DNA from: Vicinamibacterales bacterium
Lineage (GTDB): Bacteria > Acidobacteriota > Vicinamibacteria > Vicinamibacterales > UBA8438
Length of the DNA: 64,000 bases
Direction of reading: 5' to 3'
Assembly (NCBI GenBank): GCA_963665465.1
Contig: OY762226.1
Coordinates: forward strand, 2,572,438-2,636,437
The first letter of the stretch is position 1, and the number at the start of each line of letters is the position of its first letter. The notes beneath the pieces are model-generated. The model saw nothing but the letters and a program-made list of their open reading frames with translations, was not told where the DNA came from and searched no databases. A program made the position numbers and the translations under genes. This document shows, in pieces, positions 32,804-46,077 of the stretch.

Positions 32804-33020
32804 GAGTCTGCGCCGTAGAACGGTGCAGACTCCCCGGAGGGTTGGTTGGGCGGCAGTCGGAGCCGCAGGCGACGATTTCCGGGCTGGGAGCGATGCAGCG
32901 ATGGCGGGGTGCAGACTCCGAAAGGCGCGCACGGCGCGCCTCGGCGGGAGCGGCGCGGGGCAGCGGGGTCCCCGCCAGCGGACGCCGGGGGTTCGGGGCG
33001 CAGCCCCGTCTGATTGAAGC
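32800..33020 (+). repeat. Composite intergenic repeat (hairpin A + module C + module B) inside the atp operon
   Basis: CTAGGAGTCTGCGCCGTAGAACGGTGCAGACTCC, then GGGTTGGTTGGGCGGCAGTCGGAGCCGCAGGCGACGATTT, then AAGGCGCGCAC...GGGGTCCCCGC...GGGGCGCAGCCCCGTCTGATTGAAGC (32922-33020). The last part is the reverse complement of the tandem-array unit. Confidence 0.9.
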
Positions 33021-33035
33021 TAACGGAGTCGAAGC

Positions 33036-34565
<1,530 letters not shown>

Positions 34566-34568
34566 GCG

Positions 34569-35438
34569 ATGCCGTCGCTCATCGACATGCGGCGCCGGAT
34601 CCGCGCCGTCAAATCGACACAGCAGATCACGAAGGCGATGAAGACCGTCGCCGCGTCGAAGCTGCGCCGCGCGCAGGAGCGGATCACGGGCGCGCGTCCG
34701 TTCGCCCAGCTGATGCTGGGCGTGCTGAACAGTCTGGCGGCGCGCGTCGACCCGACGCTGCACCCGCTGCTCGCAGCGGCCGAGGATCGGCCGCCCGCGC
34801 CGACGCTCCTCATCGTGGTTACGGCCGACAAGGGGCTCTGCGGCAGCTTCAACTCCAACCTGCTGCGCCGTGCGGGCACGTACGTCGCCGACGCCGATCG
34901 CGAGGTCGCGCTCGGCCTCATCGGCCGCAAGGGCCGCGACTTCTTCGTGCGGCGCGGGTTCGACGTCCGCTACGAAGAAGTCAACGTGTTCACGAACCTG
35001 CGCTACGCGCACGCCCAGGCCATGGCGCGGGCGGCGATCGAGGAGTTCACCACCGGCGCGGCTCGCGACGTGTACCTGATCTACAACGAGTTCAAGAGCG
35101 TGCTGCAGCAGCGTGTCGTCGTCGAGCGGCTGCTTCCGATTCCGCGCTTCGAGGAAGACCCGGCCGCGGCGGCCACGGTGCTGGCCGGCCATCTGTTCGA
35201 GCCGACGGCGGCGGAGATCTTCGACGAGCTGTTGCCCCGGCACGTGGAGACCCAGCTGTTCCGCGCGCTGCTCGAGTCGGCCGCCGCGGAGCATGCGGCC
35301 CGGATGACGGCAATGGACGCGGCCACCCGGAATGCCGGGGAGATGATCGATCAGTTGACGCTCTACATGAACAAGATGCGGCAAGCCACGATTACGCGCG
35401 AGCTGATCGAGGTCGTGTCGGGCGCGGAAGCCTTGTAA
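34569..35438 (+). CDS. atpG: F1 ATP synthase subunit gamma
   Basis: TQQITKAMK, DKGLCG, EHAARMTAM, RQATITREL. Confidence 0.98.
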   Translation: MPSLIDMRRRIRAVKSTQQITKAMKTVAASKLRRAQERITGARPFAQLMLGVLNSLAARVDPTLHPLLAAAEDRPPAPTLLIVVTADKGLCGSFNSNLLRRAGTYVADADREVALGLIGRKGRDFFVRRGFDVRYEEVNVFTNLRYAHAQAMARAAIEEFTTGAARDVYLIYNEFKSVLQQRVVVERLLPIPRFEEDPAAAATVLAGHLFEPTAAEIFDELLPRHVETQLFRALLESAAAEHAARMTAMDAATRNAGEMIDQLTLYMNKMRQATITRELIEVVSGAEAL

Positions 35439-36923
<1,485 letters not shown>

Positions 36924-36945
36924 GCGCGGCCGGAGAACCATCGCC

Positions 36946-37380
36946 ATGGAGCTGCCGTCAACGCTCAGTTTCGAGCTGGTCACGCCCGATCGGTCGATCG
37001 TGCACGAGTCGGTGGACGAGGTGCAGATTCCCGGCTCGCAGGGGTATCTCGGCGTGCTGCCGGGTCACACGCCGCTGTTGACCACGCTGCAGGTGGGTGA
37101 GCTCTGGTTCCGGCGCGGCGCCGAGCGATCCCTGGTGTCCGTGGCGTTCGGATTCGCCGAGATCCTTCCCGACCGCGTCACGGTGCTGGCCCAGATCGCC
37201 GAGCGTGCGGAGCACATCGACGTCGAGCGCGCGGAGGCGGCCCGTCGGCGCGCGCGCGAACGCTTGGGCGGAAGCGCCACCAACGTGGACTTCGAACGGG
37301 CCCGCGTGGCCCTGCTCAAGTCGCTCGTCCGGCTGCAGGTGGCGTCGAAGGTACGCATCCGCCCCCCGGCCGGAATGTAG
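36946..37380 (+). CDS. atpC: F1 ATP synthase subunit epsilon
   Basis: LVTPD, GYLGVLPGHTP, IDVERAE. Confidence 0.96.
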   Translation: MELPSTLSFELVTPDRSIVHESVDEVQIPGSQGYLGVLPGHTPLLTTLQVGELWFRRGAERSLVSVAFGFAEILPDRVTVLAQIAERAEHIDVERAEAARRRARERLGGSATNVDFERARVALLKSLVRLQVASKVRIRPPAGM

Positions 37381-37425
37381 ACCGCCCCCCGCGGCGGGCC
37401 GCCTCCCGGCCCGGGCGCGAGCTGC

Positions 37426-37509
37426 GAGTCTGCGGCGTGGAGCCGTGCAGGCTCCCGGGAGGGTTGGTTGGGCGGCAATCCGAGCCGCCGGCGACGATTT
37501 GCGGGCTAG
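37426..37509 (+). repeat. Intergenic repeat, hairpin A + module C, ending in CTAG
   Basis: GAGTCTGCGGCGTGGAGCCGTGCAGGCTCC...GGGTTGGTTGGGCGGCAATCCGAGCCGCCGGCGACGATTTGCGGGCTAG. Confidence 0.85.
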
Positions 37510-37519
37510 TGTGAGATCC

Positions 37520-38287
37520 ATGCATGCGTCGTGGGCGGCTCGCACGGACCCCGGCCTGCGCCGCTCACGGAACGAGGACTGTTACTGCGCGCGGCCGGAG
37601 CTGGGCCTGTTCGTGGTTGCGGACGGCATGGGCGGACATGCGGGCGGCGAGATCGCGGCCCGCATTGCCGTCGATGCGATTGCCGGCGCCGTGGAGTCGA
37701 CAAGGTCGCTCGGCCCGGGCGACCCGTGGCCGCTGGCTTTCGATGCCTCGCTGAGCCGCGGCGGCAACAGCCTGCGGGCCGCCTTCGACCAGGCCAACCG
37801 CTGCGTCGCGGACCGCGCGGCAACCGCCCTGGCGCTGCGCGGGATGGCGACCACGGCAGTGGCGGTGCTGCTGGAGGAGCGCGCGGGCGTAGTCGCCCAC
37901 ATCGGCGACAGCAGGGCGTATCTGTCGCGGCAGGGGGAGCTCATCCGTCTCACGTGCGACCACTCCTGGGTGGAGGAGAGGGTGCGGGCGGGCCTGCTGT
38001 CGGAGGCCGCCGCGCGCACTCACCCGTGGCGCAACATCGTCACGCGCGCCATCTCCGGCGAGGAGGCCGTCGAAGCCGACGTGAGCGAGCTGACGCTCCG
38101 ACCGGGCGACCGGCTGCTGCTGTGCTCGGACGGTCTGTCGTCCGTGCTCCCGGACCCGGAAATCGGCGACGTCGTGGCGCGCGACGCCGACCGCGGGCGC
38201 GTGTGCGACGAGCTCGTGCGCCGGGTCAACGCCGGCGGCGGGCCGGACAACGTGACGACCCTCGTGCTCGATATCGACGCTCGCTGA
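37520..38287 (+). CDS. PP2C-family Ser/Thr protein phosphatase (Stp1/PrpC-like)
   Basis: RSRNED, VADGMGGH, HIGDSRAY, DHS, LLCSDGL, GGPDNVT. Confidence 0.93.
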   Translation: MHASWAARTDPGLRRSRNEDCYCARPELGLFVVADGMGGHAGGEIAARIAVDAIAGAVESTRSLGPGDPWPLAFDASLSRGGNSLRAAFDQANRCVADRAATALALRGMATTAVAVLLEERAGVVAHIGDSRAYLSRQGELIRLTCDHSWVEERVRAGLLSEAAARTHPWRNIVTRAISGEEAVEADVSELTLRPGDRLLLCSDGLSSVLPDPEIGDVVARDADRGRVCDELVRRVNAGGGPDNVTTLVLDIDAR

Positions 38288-38394
38288 CCGGGGCCGCGCC
38301 CGCGGCGTACGGCTGCCCGCGGGCGACGGGCGCGCCGCCGCCGACGTGCGAGCGGCGTGCTAATATCGGCGCTCTCGTAACAAGTTACCTGCCC

Positions 38395-41300
38395 GTGCCG
38401 CTTGCCGCCACGTCACTCACGCTGAGCGCGATCCTCAAGACCACGGCCGCCCGCGCCGGTCTCGGGAGCGCGTCGCCGGTCGTCACCGGCCTGTCGCCTG
38501 CCGCCCAGGCGTTCGCTGCCGCCGCCACGGCGGCAACGGCGCCGGTCGTGCTCGTCGTGCCGTCGGACGCCGGCGTGGAGCAGATGACGGCGGACGCGCG
38601 GTTCTTCGGCGGCGCCCTGCTCGGGATCCCCGAGAGCGAGATGGCCCGCACCATCCTGCCGTTCCCGTCACCGGAGGTCGATCCCTACCGCGCCATCGCC
38701 CCGCATCTGGATGTGGCGTCCGCGCGGGCCCGGGCGTTGGCGGCCCTGGCGCAGGGGACGGCGCGGCTGGTCGTCGCCTCCGCCCCCGCGTTGCTGCCGC
38801 GCGTCAGCCCTCCGCAGCGCCTGCTGGCCGCGACGCAGGAACTGGTGGCCGGGGGCTTCGCGTCGCCGACGCTGCTCGGCGAGCTGCTCGCCGACGCCGG
38901 ATTCAGCCCCGAGGACCCGGTCGACCAGCACGGCGAGTTCTGCCTGCGCGGCGGGGTGGTCGACTTCTTTCCGGCGGGCGACGCCTGGCCGGTGCGCGTG
39001 GAGTTCGTCGGGGACATGATCGAATCGCTCAGGCGCTACGATCCCGGCACGCAACGCTCCGTAGCCAGCCTGGACCGGGCCGCGATCGTTCCGCTGCGCG
39101 ACACGTTCGATGCCCTCGACGGAGACGCCGCGGCAGCGGACTGTCCCGAGCCCGACCGCGGCGCCAGCGTCTTCGACTACCTGGCGGGACGCTCCGCGCG
39201 GCTCCTCGTGCAGGAGTCCGAGGAGTGCGCGCGCCGGGTGGCGGACCAGTTCGATCAGCTGGCCGGGAGCTACCGGTCGGCGGCGGAGAGCGGCCGCGGC
39301 GGGCCGGTGCCGGAGGCGCTGTTCGTCGGGGCGGATGAGGTGCAGGAGGCCCTCGGCGGGGCGACCCGGCTGGAAGCGCTCGGCCTGGAAGAAGGGGAGG
39401 CGGAGCAGCACGTCGCCTGCCAGCCGGCCCTCGCGTACCGCGGCCGGCTCAGCGACTGGGTCGCGGAGCTCCGGACCGGCCGCGACCAGGGCGAGACGCA
39501 GCTCTTCGTGGCGGCCACCGCCGGTCGCGCGGAGCGCATCGCCGAGCTGCTCGGCGAGCACGACCTGCGCGCGGTCCCGGTCGCGGCCGCGGAAGCGACG
39601 GACGGCGCGTCGCTGCTGGTCGCCACCGGACAGCTGTCGCGGGGGTTCCGGCTGCCCGCCGCAGGGCTGCGCATCCACGCCGAGGCGGACCTGTTCGACG
39701 AGCAGCCCCGCGAGCGCAGGCGGTCCGTCGCCCGCTCCTTCCTGTCCGACCTGCGCGATCTGAAGGTGGGCGACCATGTCGTGCACGTGGACCACGGCAT
39801 CGGCTCGTTCGTCGAGCTGCGCCAGATGGCCGTCGGCGGCGCCGCGCACGAGCTCATGGAGCTGCGCTATGCCGGCGGGGACAAGCTCTTCGTCCCGGTC
39901 GAGCAGCTCGACCTCATCCAGAAGTACACGGGCAGCCAGCGGCCGGCCCTCGACCGCCTCGGCGGCACCACCTGGGAACGCGCCAAGACCCGCGTGCGAC
40001 GCGCCATGCGCGACATGGCGCAGGAGCTGCTCCGGCTCTACGCCGCCCGCAAGGCGGCGGACGGCCACCGCTTCAGCCCCGACGGCCACTGGCAGGAGGA
40101 GTTCGACGCGGCGTTCCAGTACGAGCTCACGCCCGACCAGCAGACGGCGGTCGCCGACATCAAGCGCGACATGGAGGCGCCGTCCCCGATGGACCGCCTG
40201 CTGTGCGGCGACGTCGGCTACGGCAAGACGGAGGTGGCCTTGCGGGCCGCCTTCAAGGCGGTGATCGACGGCAAGCAGGTGGCGCTGCTCGCGCCGACGA
40301 CGGTGCTGGCCTTCCAGCATCTCAAGACCCTGGTCGAGCGCTTCGCGGCGTTTCCGGTGCGGATCGAGATGGTCAGCCGCTTCCGCAGCCGCGCCGAGCA
40401 GAAGGCGCTGCTGGCCGACCTGGCGGCCGGCAAGGTGGACGTCATGGTCGGGACGCACCGCCTGCTCTCGAAGGACGTGCAGTTTCACGACCTGGGCCTG
40501 CTCGTCGTCGACGAGGAACAGCGCTTCGGGGTTGCCCACAAGGAGCGCATCAAGACCCTGCGGCGGAAGGTCGACGTGCTCACGATGACGGCGACGCCCA
40601 TCCCGCGCACGTTGAACATGTCGCTGATGGGCATACGCGACATGTCCGTCATCGAGACGCCGCCCAAGGATCGCCTGGCGATTCAGACCAACGTCGTCAA
40701 GTTCGACACGGCGACGATCGCCCGCGCGATTCGCTCCGAGCTGGAGCGCGCGGGGCAGGTGTACTTCGTTCACAACCGGATAGAGTCGATATATTCCGTG
40801 GCCGACATGGTCCGGCGGGTCGTGCCGGAGGCCAGGCTGGCGGTCGCCCACGGGCAGTCCAGCGAAGCCGTGCTCGAGCGCGTCATGCTGGACTTCGTCG
40901 CGCGCGAGTACGACGTGCTGCTGTCGACGACGATCATCGAGAACGGACTCGACATCCCCAACGTCAACACGATCATCGTCAACCACGCCGAGCGCTACGG
41001 CCTGTCGCAGCTCTATCAGCTGCGCGGCCGGGTGGGGCGGTCCGGCCGCCGGGCGTACGCCTACCTGCTCGTCCCCCCCGGCGACGAGCTGTCGCCGGTC
41101 GCGCGGCGGCGGCTGGCTGCCATCAAGGAGTTCAGCGATCTCGGCAGCGGATTTCGCGTGGCCGCGCTGGATCTCGAGATCCGTGGCGCCGGCAACCTGC
41201 TCGGCGCGCAGCAGAGCGGTCACATCGAGGCGATCGGGTTCGACATGTACGTGACGCTGCTGGAGCAGACCGTGCGCGAGCTGAAGGGCGAGCCGGTCGA

Positions 41301-41862
41301 GGACGATCAACGGGCCGCCGTCAACCTCGGCATCGATCTGCGGATCGACGAGCAGTACGTCACGGACACGAACCAGCGATTGGCGCTGTATCGGCGCATG
41401 GCGGGCGCCCGCGACGAGGACACGCTGGCGAACGTGCTCGAGGAGGTCGCGGATCGCTACGGACCGGTGCCGCCGTCCGTGCTGCGGCTGGCGGAGTACG
41501 GCCGGATCCGCATACTCGCCGACCAGCTCGGCATCGCGTCCGCCGACCGGGAGCGCCGCCACCTCGTCGTGCGTTTCGGCGACACGTCGCGCGTCGCGCC
41601 GGAACGGCTGGTGGCCTTCGTGCAGGCGCAGCCGGCCGTGAACCTGACGCCGCCGGCGGTGCTCCGCGTCGACCTCGACGCGCTGAACCGGGTGGCAGGC
41701 GCGCCGCCGCGGCAACATATCGACGCCGCGCCGGCATCGTGGTGGACGGCGCCGGGCGGCGCGGCGCGGCGCGGTGCGGAGCGCGTCGAGCAGGGCGGCG
41801 ACCTGCTGCAGCAGGTGGGGGCGCTGCTGGCCGAGTTGAGAGGCCCGGCGCCGAGCGGCTAG
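38395..41862 (+). CDS. mfd: Transcription-repair coupling factor
   Basis: [58 protein letters not shown]. Start approximate. Confidence 0.97.
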   Translation: MPLAATSLTLSAILKTTAARAGLGSASPVVTGLSPAAQAFAAAATAATAPVVLVVPSDAGVEQMTADARFFGGALLGIPESEMARTILPFPSPEVDPYRAIAPHLDVASARARALAALAQGTARLVVASAPALLPRVSPPQRLLAATQELVAGGFASPTLLGELLADAGFSPEDPVDQHGEFCLRGGVVDFFPAGDAWPVRVEFVGDMIESLRRYDPGTQRSVASLDRAAIVPLRDTFDALDGDAAAADCPEPDRGASVFDYLAGRSARLLVQESEECARRVADQFDQLAGSYRSAAESGRGGPVPEALFVGADEVQEALGGATRLEALGLEEGEAEQHVACQPALAYRGRLSDWVAELRTGRDQGETQLFVAATAGRAERIAELLGEHDLRAVPVAAAEATDGASLLVATGQLSRGFRLPAAGLRIHAEADLFDEQPRERRRSVARSFLSDLRDLKVGDHVVHVDHGIGSFVELRQMAVGGAAHELMELRYAGGDKLFVPVEQLDLIQKYTGSQRPALDRLGGTTWERAKTRVRRAMRDMAQELLRLYAARKAADGHRFSPDGHWQEEFDAAFQYELTPDQQTAVADIKRDMEAPSPMDRLLCGDVGYGKTEVALRAAFKAVIDGKQVALLAPTTVLAFQHLKTLVERFAAFPVRIEMVSRFRSRAEQKALLADLAAGKVDVMVGTHRLLSKDVQFHDLGLLVVDEEQRFGVAHKERIKTLRRKVDVLTMTATPIPRTLNMSLMGIRDMSVIETPPKDRLAIQTNVVKFDTATIARAIRSELERAGQVYFVHNRIESIYSVADMVRRVVPEARLAVAHGQSSEAVLERVMLDFVAREYDVLLSTTIIENGLDIPNVNTIIVNHAERYGLSQLYQLRGRVGRSGRRAYAYLLVPPGDELSPVARRRLAAIKEFSDLGSGFRVAALDLEIRGAGNLLGAQQSGHIEAIGFDMYVTLLEQTVRELKGEPVEDDQRAAVNLGIDLRIDEQYVTDTNQRLALYRRMAGARDEDTLANVLEEVADRYGPVPPSVLRLAEYGRIRILADQLGIASADRERRHLVVRFGDTSRVAPERLVAFVQAQPAVNLTPPAVLRVDLDALNRVAGAPPRQHIDAAPASWWTAPGGAARRGAERVEQGGDLLQQVGALLAELRGPAPSG

Positions 41863-42036
41863 CAGTCCGTGGTGAAACCCCGCGTCGCACCGAGAGCGGC
41901 GAGGCGCCCGGCTGACAAGGCGTGACGAGGGAGCATATTGGCCATATTCGACCCCGCTGAACAATGGTCTAGCGCCGTCCCTTGCGGGATGCATCGCCGC
42001 TCGAATGCAGCGGGGCCTTTTGCCACGGGCTGCTAG
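41859..42036. mobile_element. Non-autonomous MITE (~170 bp) flanked by CTAG
   Basis: CTAG at both ends. Terminal inverted repeats CAGTCCGTGGTGAAA and (reverse complement) CAGCCCGTGGCAAAA match at 12/15. No ORF. Confidence 0.8.
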
Positions 42037-42073
42037 AATGCGAGAGAGGAACGTGCAGGCAGGGATGGAGATC

Positions 42074-43168
42074 ATGATGCGACGAACGGTCGTCCACGCG
42101 CTCCGCGCGCTGCCGGCTCTGATGATTGCGAGCGCGGTCGCCGCGCCGGCGGGCGCACAATCGCCCGTTGCCGTGCCCAGTCGCCCCGACGCCCGCATCA
42201 TCGAGCGGATCCTCGTCAAGGTGAACGGCGAGATCATCACGCAGTCCGATCTGGAGGATCGACAGATCGCGGCGATTCGCGCGCGCGGCGTTCAGCCGTC
42301 CACCAACGCGGAGCTGTTCCAGCTTCTCGAGGAGGTCACCCCCGGGGTGATTGGGAACCTCGTGGAGGAGCTGCTGCTCATCGAGCGCGGCAAGGAGCTC
42401 GGATACCAGCTCTCCGACGACCAGTTCCGGGATTTCCTCGACAACCTGAAGGAAGAGAACGGCATCGAGACGGACGAGGAGTTCATCGAGCTGCTCGATC
42501 GGCAGGAGGGGATGTCGCTCGACGACTTCCGGCGGCTCACGGAACGGCAGATGCTGGCGAGTCAGGTGCAGAGCATCGAGATTCTGAACCGCGTGGCGAT
42601 TACGGACGTCGAGGCCCGCGAGTACTACGAAGCGCACATCGACGAGTTCACCGAGCCGGCGAGCGTCACGCTCCGGGAGATCATCATCGGCATGCCGCGG
42701 ACCGGGGGACTGCTGGCGGACCAGCGAGCGCGCACCAGGGCCAATGGCGTCATGGAGCGTCTGAGCGAGGGCGAGGACTTCGCGACCGTCGCCAGCGAGG
42801 TGTCGGACGCGCCCTCCGCGCAGAACGGCGGCCTGATCGGGCCGTTTCAGCTCAACGAGATTGCCGAGACGATCCAGGAGCTGATCGCGACGCTGGAAGT
42901 CGGCGGCGTGAGCGACCTGAGACGGACGCCGCAGGGCTACCAGATCCTGCTGCTCGAGGATCTGACGGACGATACCGCGCGACCCTTCGAGGACGTCCGC
43001 AACCAGATATCCGAGAGCGTCTTCAACGACCGCCGGCAGGACGAGTACGCCAAGTACCTCGACGAGTTGCGGGACGAGGCGATCATCGAGTGGAAGAGCG
43101 CCGAGCTGAACGAGGCCTACGATCGGTTCCGGTCCCGGGTGCGCGAGGCCTCGCCAGCGCCGCAGTAG
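42074..43168 (+). CDS. SurA/PrsA-like peptidyl-prolyl isomerase
   Basis: Signal peptide, VNGEIITQSD (SurA-N), parvulin motif EDFATVASEVSD...NGGLIG. Confidence 0.85.
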   Translation: MMRRTVVHALRALPALMIASAVAAPAGAQSPVAVPSRPDARIIERILVKVNGEIITQSDLEDRQIAAIRARGVQPSTNAELFQLLEEVTPGVIGNLVEELLLIERGKELGYQLSDDQFRDFLDNLKEENGIETDEEFIELLDRQEGMSLDDFRRLTERQMLASQVQSIEILNRVAITDVEAREYYEAHIDEFTEPASVTLREIIIGMPRTGGLLADQRARTRANGVMERLSEGEDFATVASEVSDAPSAQNGGLIGPFQLNEIAETIQELIATLEVGGVSDLRRTPQGYQILLLEDLTDDTARPFEDVRNQISESVFNDRRQDEYAKYLDELRDEAIIEWKSAELNEAYDRFRSRVREASPAPQ

Positions 43169-43190
43169 CCGGCCGGCCGCCGCCAACGTC

Positions 43191-44267
43191 ATGAAGATCG
43201 GCAAGGTTCAGCTCGATCCGGCGTTCGCCCTGGCGCCGATGGCGGGGATGACCGACACCGCCTTCCGCCGCCTGGTGAAGCGCCGCGGCGGGTGCGGCCT
43301 GGTCGTCACCGAGATGGTCAGCTCCGAGGGACTCGTGCGCGGCATCGACCGGACGCTCGAGTACGCGGAGTACACCGAGGAAGAGCGGCCGGTCTCGATC
43401 CAGATCTTCGGCGGCAACCCGGCGACCATGACGGCGGCGGCCCGCATCGTGGAGGGGCTGGGGGCGGACATCGTCGACGTGAACATGGGTTGCCCGGTGC
43501 CGAAGATCGCGAAGCACAACGCGGGCTGCAGCCTGATGCGCGAGCCGTCCCACGCCGCCGCCATCATCCGGTCGATGAGCCGCGCTGTCCGCATTCCCGT
43601 CACCGTCAAGATGCGCGCGGGCTGGGACGAGCGCGACATCAATGCGCCCGCGCTGGCGCGGATGATGGAGGACGCCGGTGCGGCGGCCGTCGCGGTGCAC
43701 GGCCGGACGGCCGCGCAGTCCTACAGCGGCTCGTCCGACTGGCGGCTGATCGACACGGTGGCGGCGGGCGTGGGGATCCCGGTCTTCGGCAGCGGCGACT
43801 GCGTCACGGCGCGGCAGGTGGTCGACCGCACGGCGCAGACCCAGGTGGCCGGCGTGCTCGTCGGCCGGGGCGCCTTGCGCAACCCGTGGATCTTCCAGCA
43901 GTCGGCGGCGCTGGCGGCCGGCCGCCCTCTCGCCGAGGCCACGGACACCGAGCGCGGCCGGTTTCTGCTGGAGTACATCGACATGCTGCTGCGGGAAGGA
44001 CTGGACGAGCAGCGGGGGTTCCGTCACCGCGCGGCGGGCGCCGCCGCCGCGCGCCCGCGACATGCCCGTGGTCGCGAGCGATGGGTCGTCAACAAGCTGC
44101 GGGCCCTCGGCTCGTGGTACACGAAGGGGCTCCACGGCGGCTCGAATCTGCGCACCGCGATCAACCGCGCCGAGTCTATCGGCGAGCTGCGCGACGTCAT
44201 CGAGGCGTTCTTTCTCGCGCCGGCTGGCGCCAGGCTTCAATCGAGCGGGCCGCACGACGCCAGATAG
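43191..44267 (+). CDS. dusB: tRNA-dihydrouridine synthase
   Basis: LAPMAG, DVNMGCP, VTVKMR, VHGRT, VGRG..NPW. Confidence 0.9.
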   Translation: MKIGKVQLDPAFALAPMAGMTDTAFRRLVKRRGGCGLVVTEMVSSEGLVRGIDRTLEYAEYTEEERPVSIQIFGGNPATMTAAARIVEGLGADIVDVNMGCPVPKIAKHNAGCSLMREPSHAAAIIRSMSRAVRIPVTVKMRAGWDERDINAPALARMMEDAGAAAVAVHGRTAAQSYSGSSDWRLIDTVAAGVGIPVFGSGDCVTARQVVDRTAQTQVAGVLVGRGALRNPWIFQQSAALAAGRPLAEATDTERGRFLLEYIDMLLREGLDEQRGFRHRAAGAAAARPRHARGRERWVVNKLRALGSWYTKGLHGGSNLRTAINRAESIGELRDVIEAFFLAPAGARLQSSGPHDAR

Positions 44268-45415
44268 GCCATCGCCGCGTTCACCCCGCCGGTGCGATGC
44301 GGGACGCCGCTCAGTCCCAGCCCCATCTCGACGCCGGCCAGTGCGCCTGCCAGGCTCAGGTCGTTGAGGTCTCCCAGGTGGCCAATCCGGAACACGCGGC
44401 CGGCCAGGCGTCCCAGGCCGACGCCGAGCGCCATGTCGAAGCGGTCGAGGATCACCTTCAGCAGGTCGCCGGCGTCGTGCCCGTCCGGCATCAGGACCGC
44501 CGTCAGCGAGGAGCTGTACTCGGCAGGGTCGAGGCAGAGCAGCTCGAGCCCCCAGGCCCGCGCGGCGCGCCGCGCGGCCTCGGCGTGGCGATCGTGCCGG
44601 GCGAAGACGTTGTCGAGCCCTTCGGCCTGCAGCATGGCGAGCGCCTCGCGCAGGCCGAAGAGGAGGTTGGTCGCGGGGGTGTACGGGAAGAACCCCTTCG
44701 CGTTGGCGTCGCGTATCGGTCCCCAGTCCCAGTAGCTGCGCGGCAGCCGCGCGCCGGCGTGCGCCGCCAGCGCCTTGTCGCTGGCGGCGTTGAAGCTCAG
44801 GCCGGGCGGCAGCATGAGCCCTTTCTGCGACGCCCCCACGGTGACGTCGACCCCCCACTCGTCGTGGCGGTAGTCGATCGAGGCGAGCGACGAGATCGTG
44901 TCGACCATCAGGAGCGCCGGATGGCGCGCGGCATCGAGCGCGCGGCGCACCGCCGCGATGTCGCTCGTCACACCGGTGGACGTCTCGTTGTGCACCACGC
45001 AGACTGCCTTCACCGCGTGGTTGCGATCGGCCGCCAGCCGGGCCTCGACTTCCGCGGCGTCGACCCCGTGCCGCCAGTCGCCGGGCAGGAACAGCGGATC
45101 GAGCCCGAGCCGCGTCGCGATGCCCTTCCAGAGGGCGGCGAAGTGGCCGGTCTCGACCATCAGCACGCGATCGCCGGGCGCCAGCGTGTTGACGAGCGCG
45201 GCCTCCCAGGCCCCGCTTCCCGACGCGGGAAACAGCAGCACCGGCTGACGCGTGCGGACGACGGCGGCCAGGCCGCTCAGCACGTCGCGCGTCAGCTCGC
45301 GGAACGCCGGCCCGCGATGGTCGATGGTCGGGGCGGCCATCGCTCGCAGGACGCGATCCGGGACATTGGTGGGCCCCGGAATCTGCAGGAAATGCCGGCC
45401 GCTCGCGTGGGGCAT
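44237..45415 (-). CDS. Class V PLP aminotransferase (serine/alanine--glyoxylate transaminase-like)
   Basis: GRHFLQIPGP, HNETSTGV, DTISS, SQKGLMLPPG, FPYTP, FRIGHLG. Confidence 0.9.
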   Translation of the reverse strand: MPHASGRHFLQIPGPTNVPDRVLRAMAAPTIDHRGPAFRELTRDVLSGLAAVVRTRQPVLLFPASGSGAWEAALVNTLAPGDRVLMVETGHFAALWKGIATRLGLDPLFLPGDWRHGVDAAEVEARLAADRNHAVKAVCVVHNETSTGVTSDIAAVRRALDAARHPALLMVDTISSLASIDYRHDEWGVDVTVGASQKGLMLPPGLSFNAASDKALAAHAGARLPRSYWDWGPIRDANAKGFFPYTPATNLLFGLREALAMLQAEGLDNVFARHDRHAEAARRAARAWGLELLCLDPAEYSSSLTAVLMPDGHDAGDLLKVILDRFDMALGVGLGRLAGRVFRIGHLGDLNDLSLAGALAGVEMGLGLSGVPHRTGGVNAAMAYLASCGPLD

Positions 45416-45429
45416 GGCCTAATCTAACA

Positions 45430-46010
45430 TCAGACGGGGCTGCGCCCCGAACCCCCGGCGTTCGCTTGCGGGGACCCCATGCCCCGCGCCGCTCCTGCCG
45501 AGGCGCGCTGTGCGGGCTTCATTCAGACGGGGCTTTGCCCCGAACCCCCGGCGTCCGCTCGCGGGGACCCCATGCCCCGCGCCGCTCCCGCCGAGGCGCG
45601 CTGTGCGGGCTTCATTCAGACGGGGCTTTGCCCCGGACCCCCGGCGTCCGCTTGCGGGGACCCCATTGCCCCGCGCCGCTCCCGCCGAGGCGCGCTGTGC
45701 GGGCTTCATTCAGACGGGGCTTTGCCTCGAACCCCCGGCGTCCGCTTGCGGGGACCCCATGCCCCGCGCCGCTCCCGCCGAGGCGCGCTGTGCGGGCTTC
45801 ATTCAGACGGGGCTTTGCCCCGAACCCCCGGCGTTCGCTTGCGGGGACCCCATCGCCCCGCGCCGCTCCCGCCGAGGCGCGCTGTACGCGCCTTGCGCCG
45901 GCTGCGCCAGCGCTGCCATCAGACGGGGCTTTGCCTCGAACCCCCGGCGTCCGCTTGCGGGGACCCCATTGCCCCGCGCCGCTCCCGCCGAGGCGCGCTG
46001 TGCGCGCCTT
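45430..46010 (-). repeat. Tandem array of six near-identical ~93-bp units (module B)
   Basis: Units start at CAGACGGGG at 45431, 45524, 45617, 45711, 45804 and 45920 (periods 93, 93, 94, 93, 116). Each unit has the palindromes GGGGC-NNN-GCCCC and GCGGGGACCCC. Confidence 0.95.
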
Positions 46011-46045
46011 GCGGAATCTGCACCGATTCTATGGCGCAGACTCCT
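46011..46045 (-). repeat. Hairpin A capping the tandem array
   Basis: Reverse complement AGGAGTCTGCGCCATAGAATCGGTGCAGATTCCGC. Same A-to-B junction as at 32909-32931. Confidence 0.85.
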
Positions 46046-46077
46046 TGGCGTACCCGGCCAGGTTGGCGGGCGCCGAC

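Noticed and set aside
37097-38394. Long N-terminal extensions on PP2C and mfd (also rsmI, glmU, dcp, nasA, mutM) as fusions
   Set aside because: Artefacts of first-start ORF calling. Homology begins at internal starts, and the extensions overlap other genes or repeats.
44214-44267. Repeat remnant or meaningful overlap at the dusB/aminotransferase 3' ends
   Set aside because: Similarity to the module B end (GGCTTCAA..G.GCGGGC) is too short, and small convergent overlaps are common.
45430-46010. CRISPR array
   Set aside because: Units are near-identical over their whole length, there are no unique spacers, and no cas genes are in the window.
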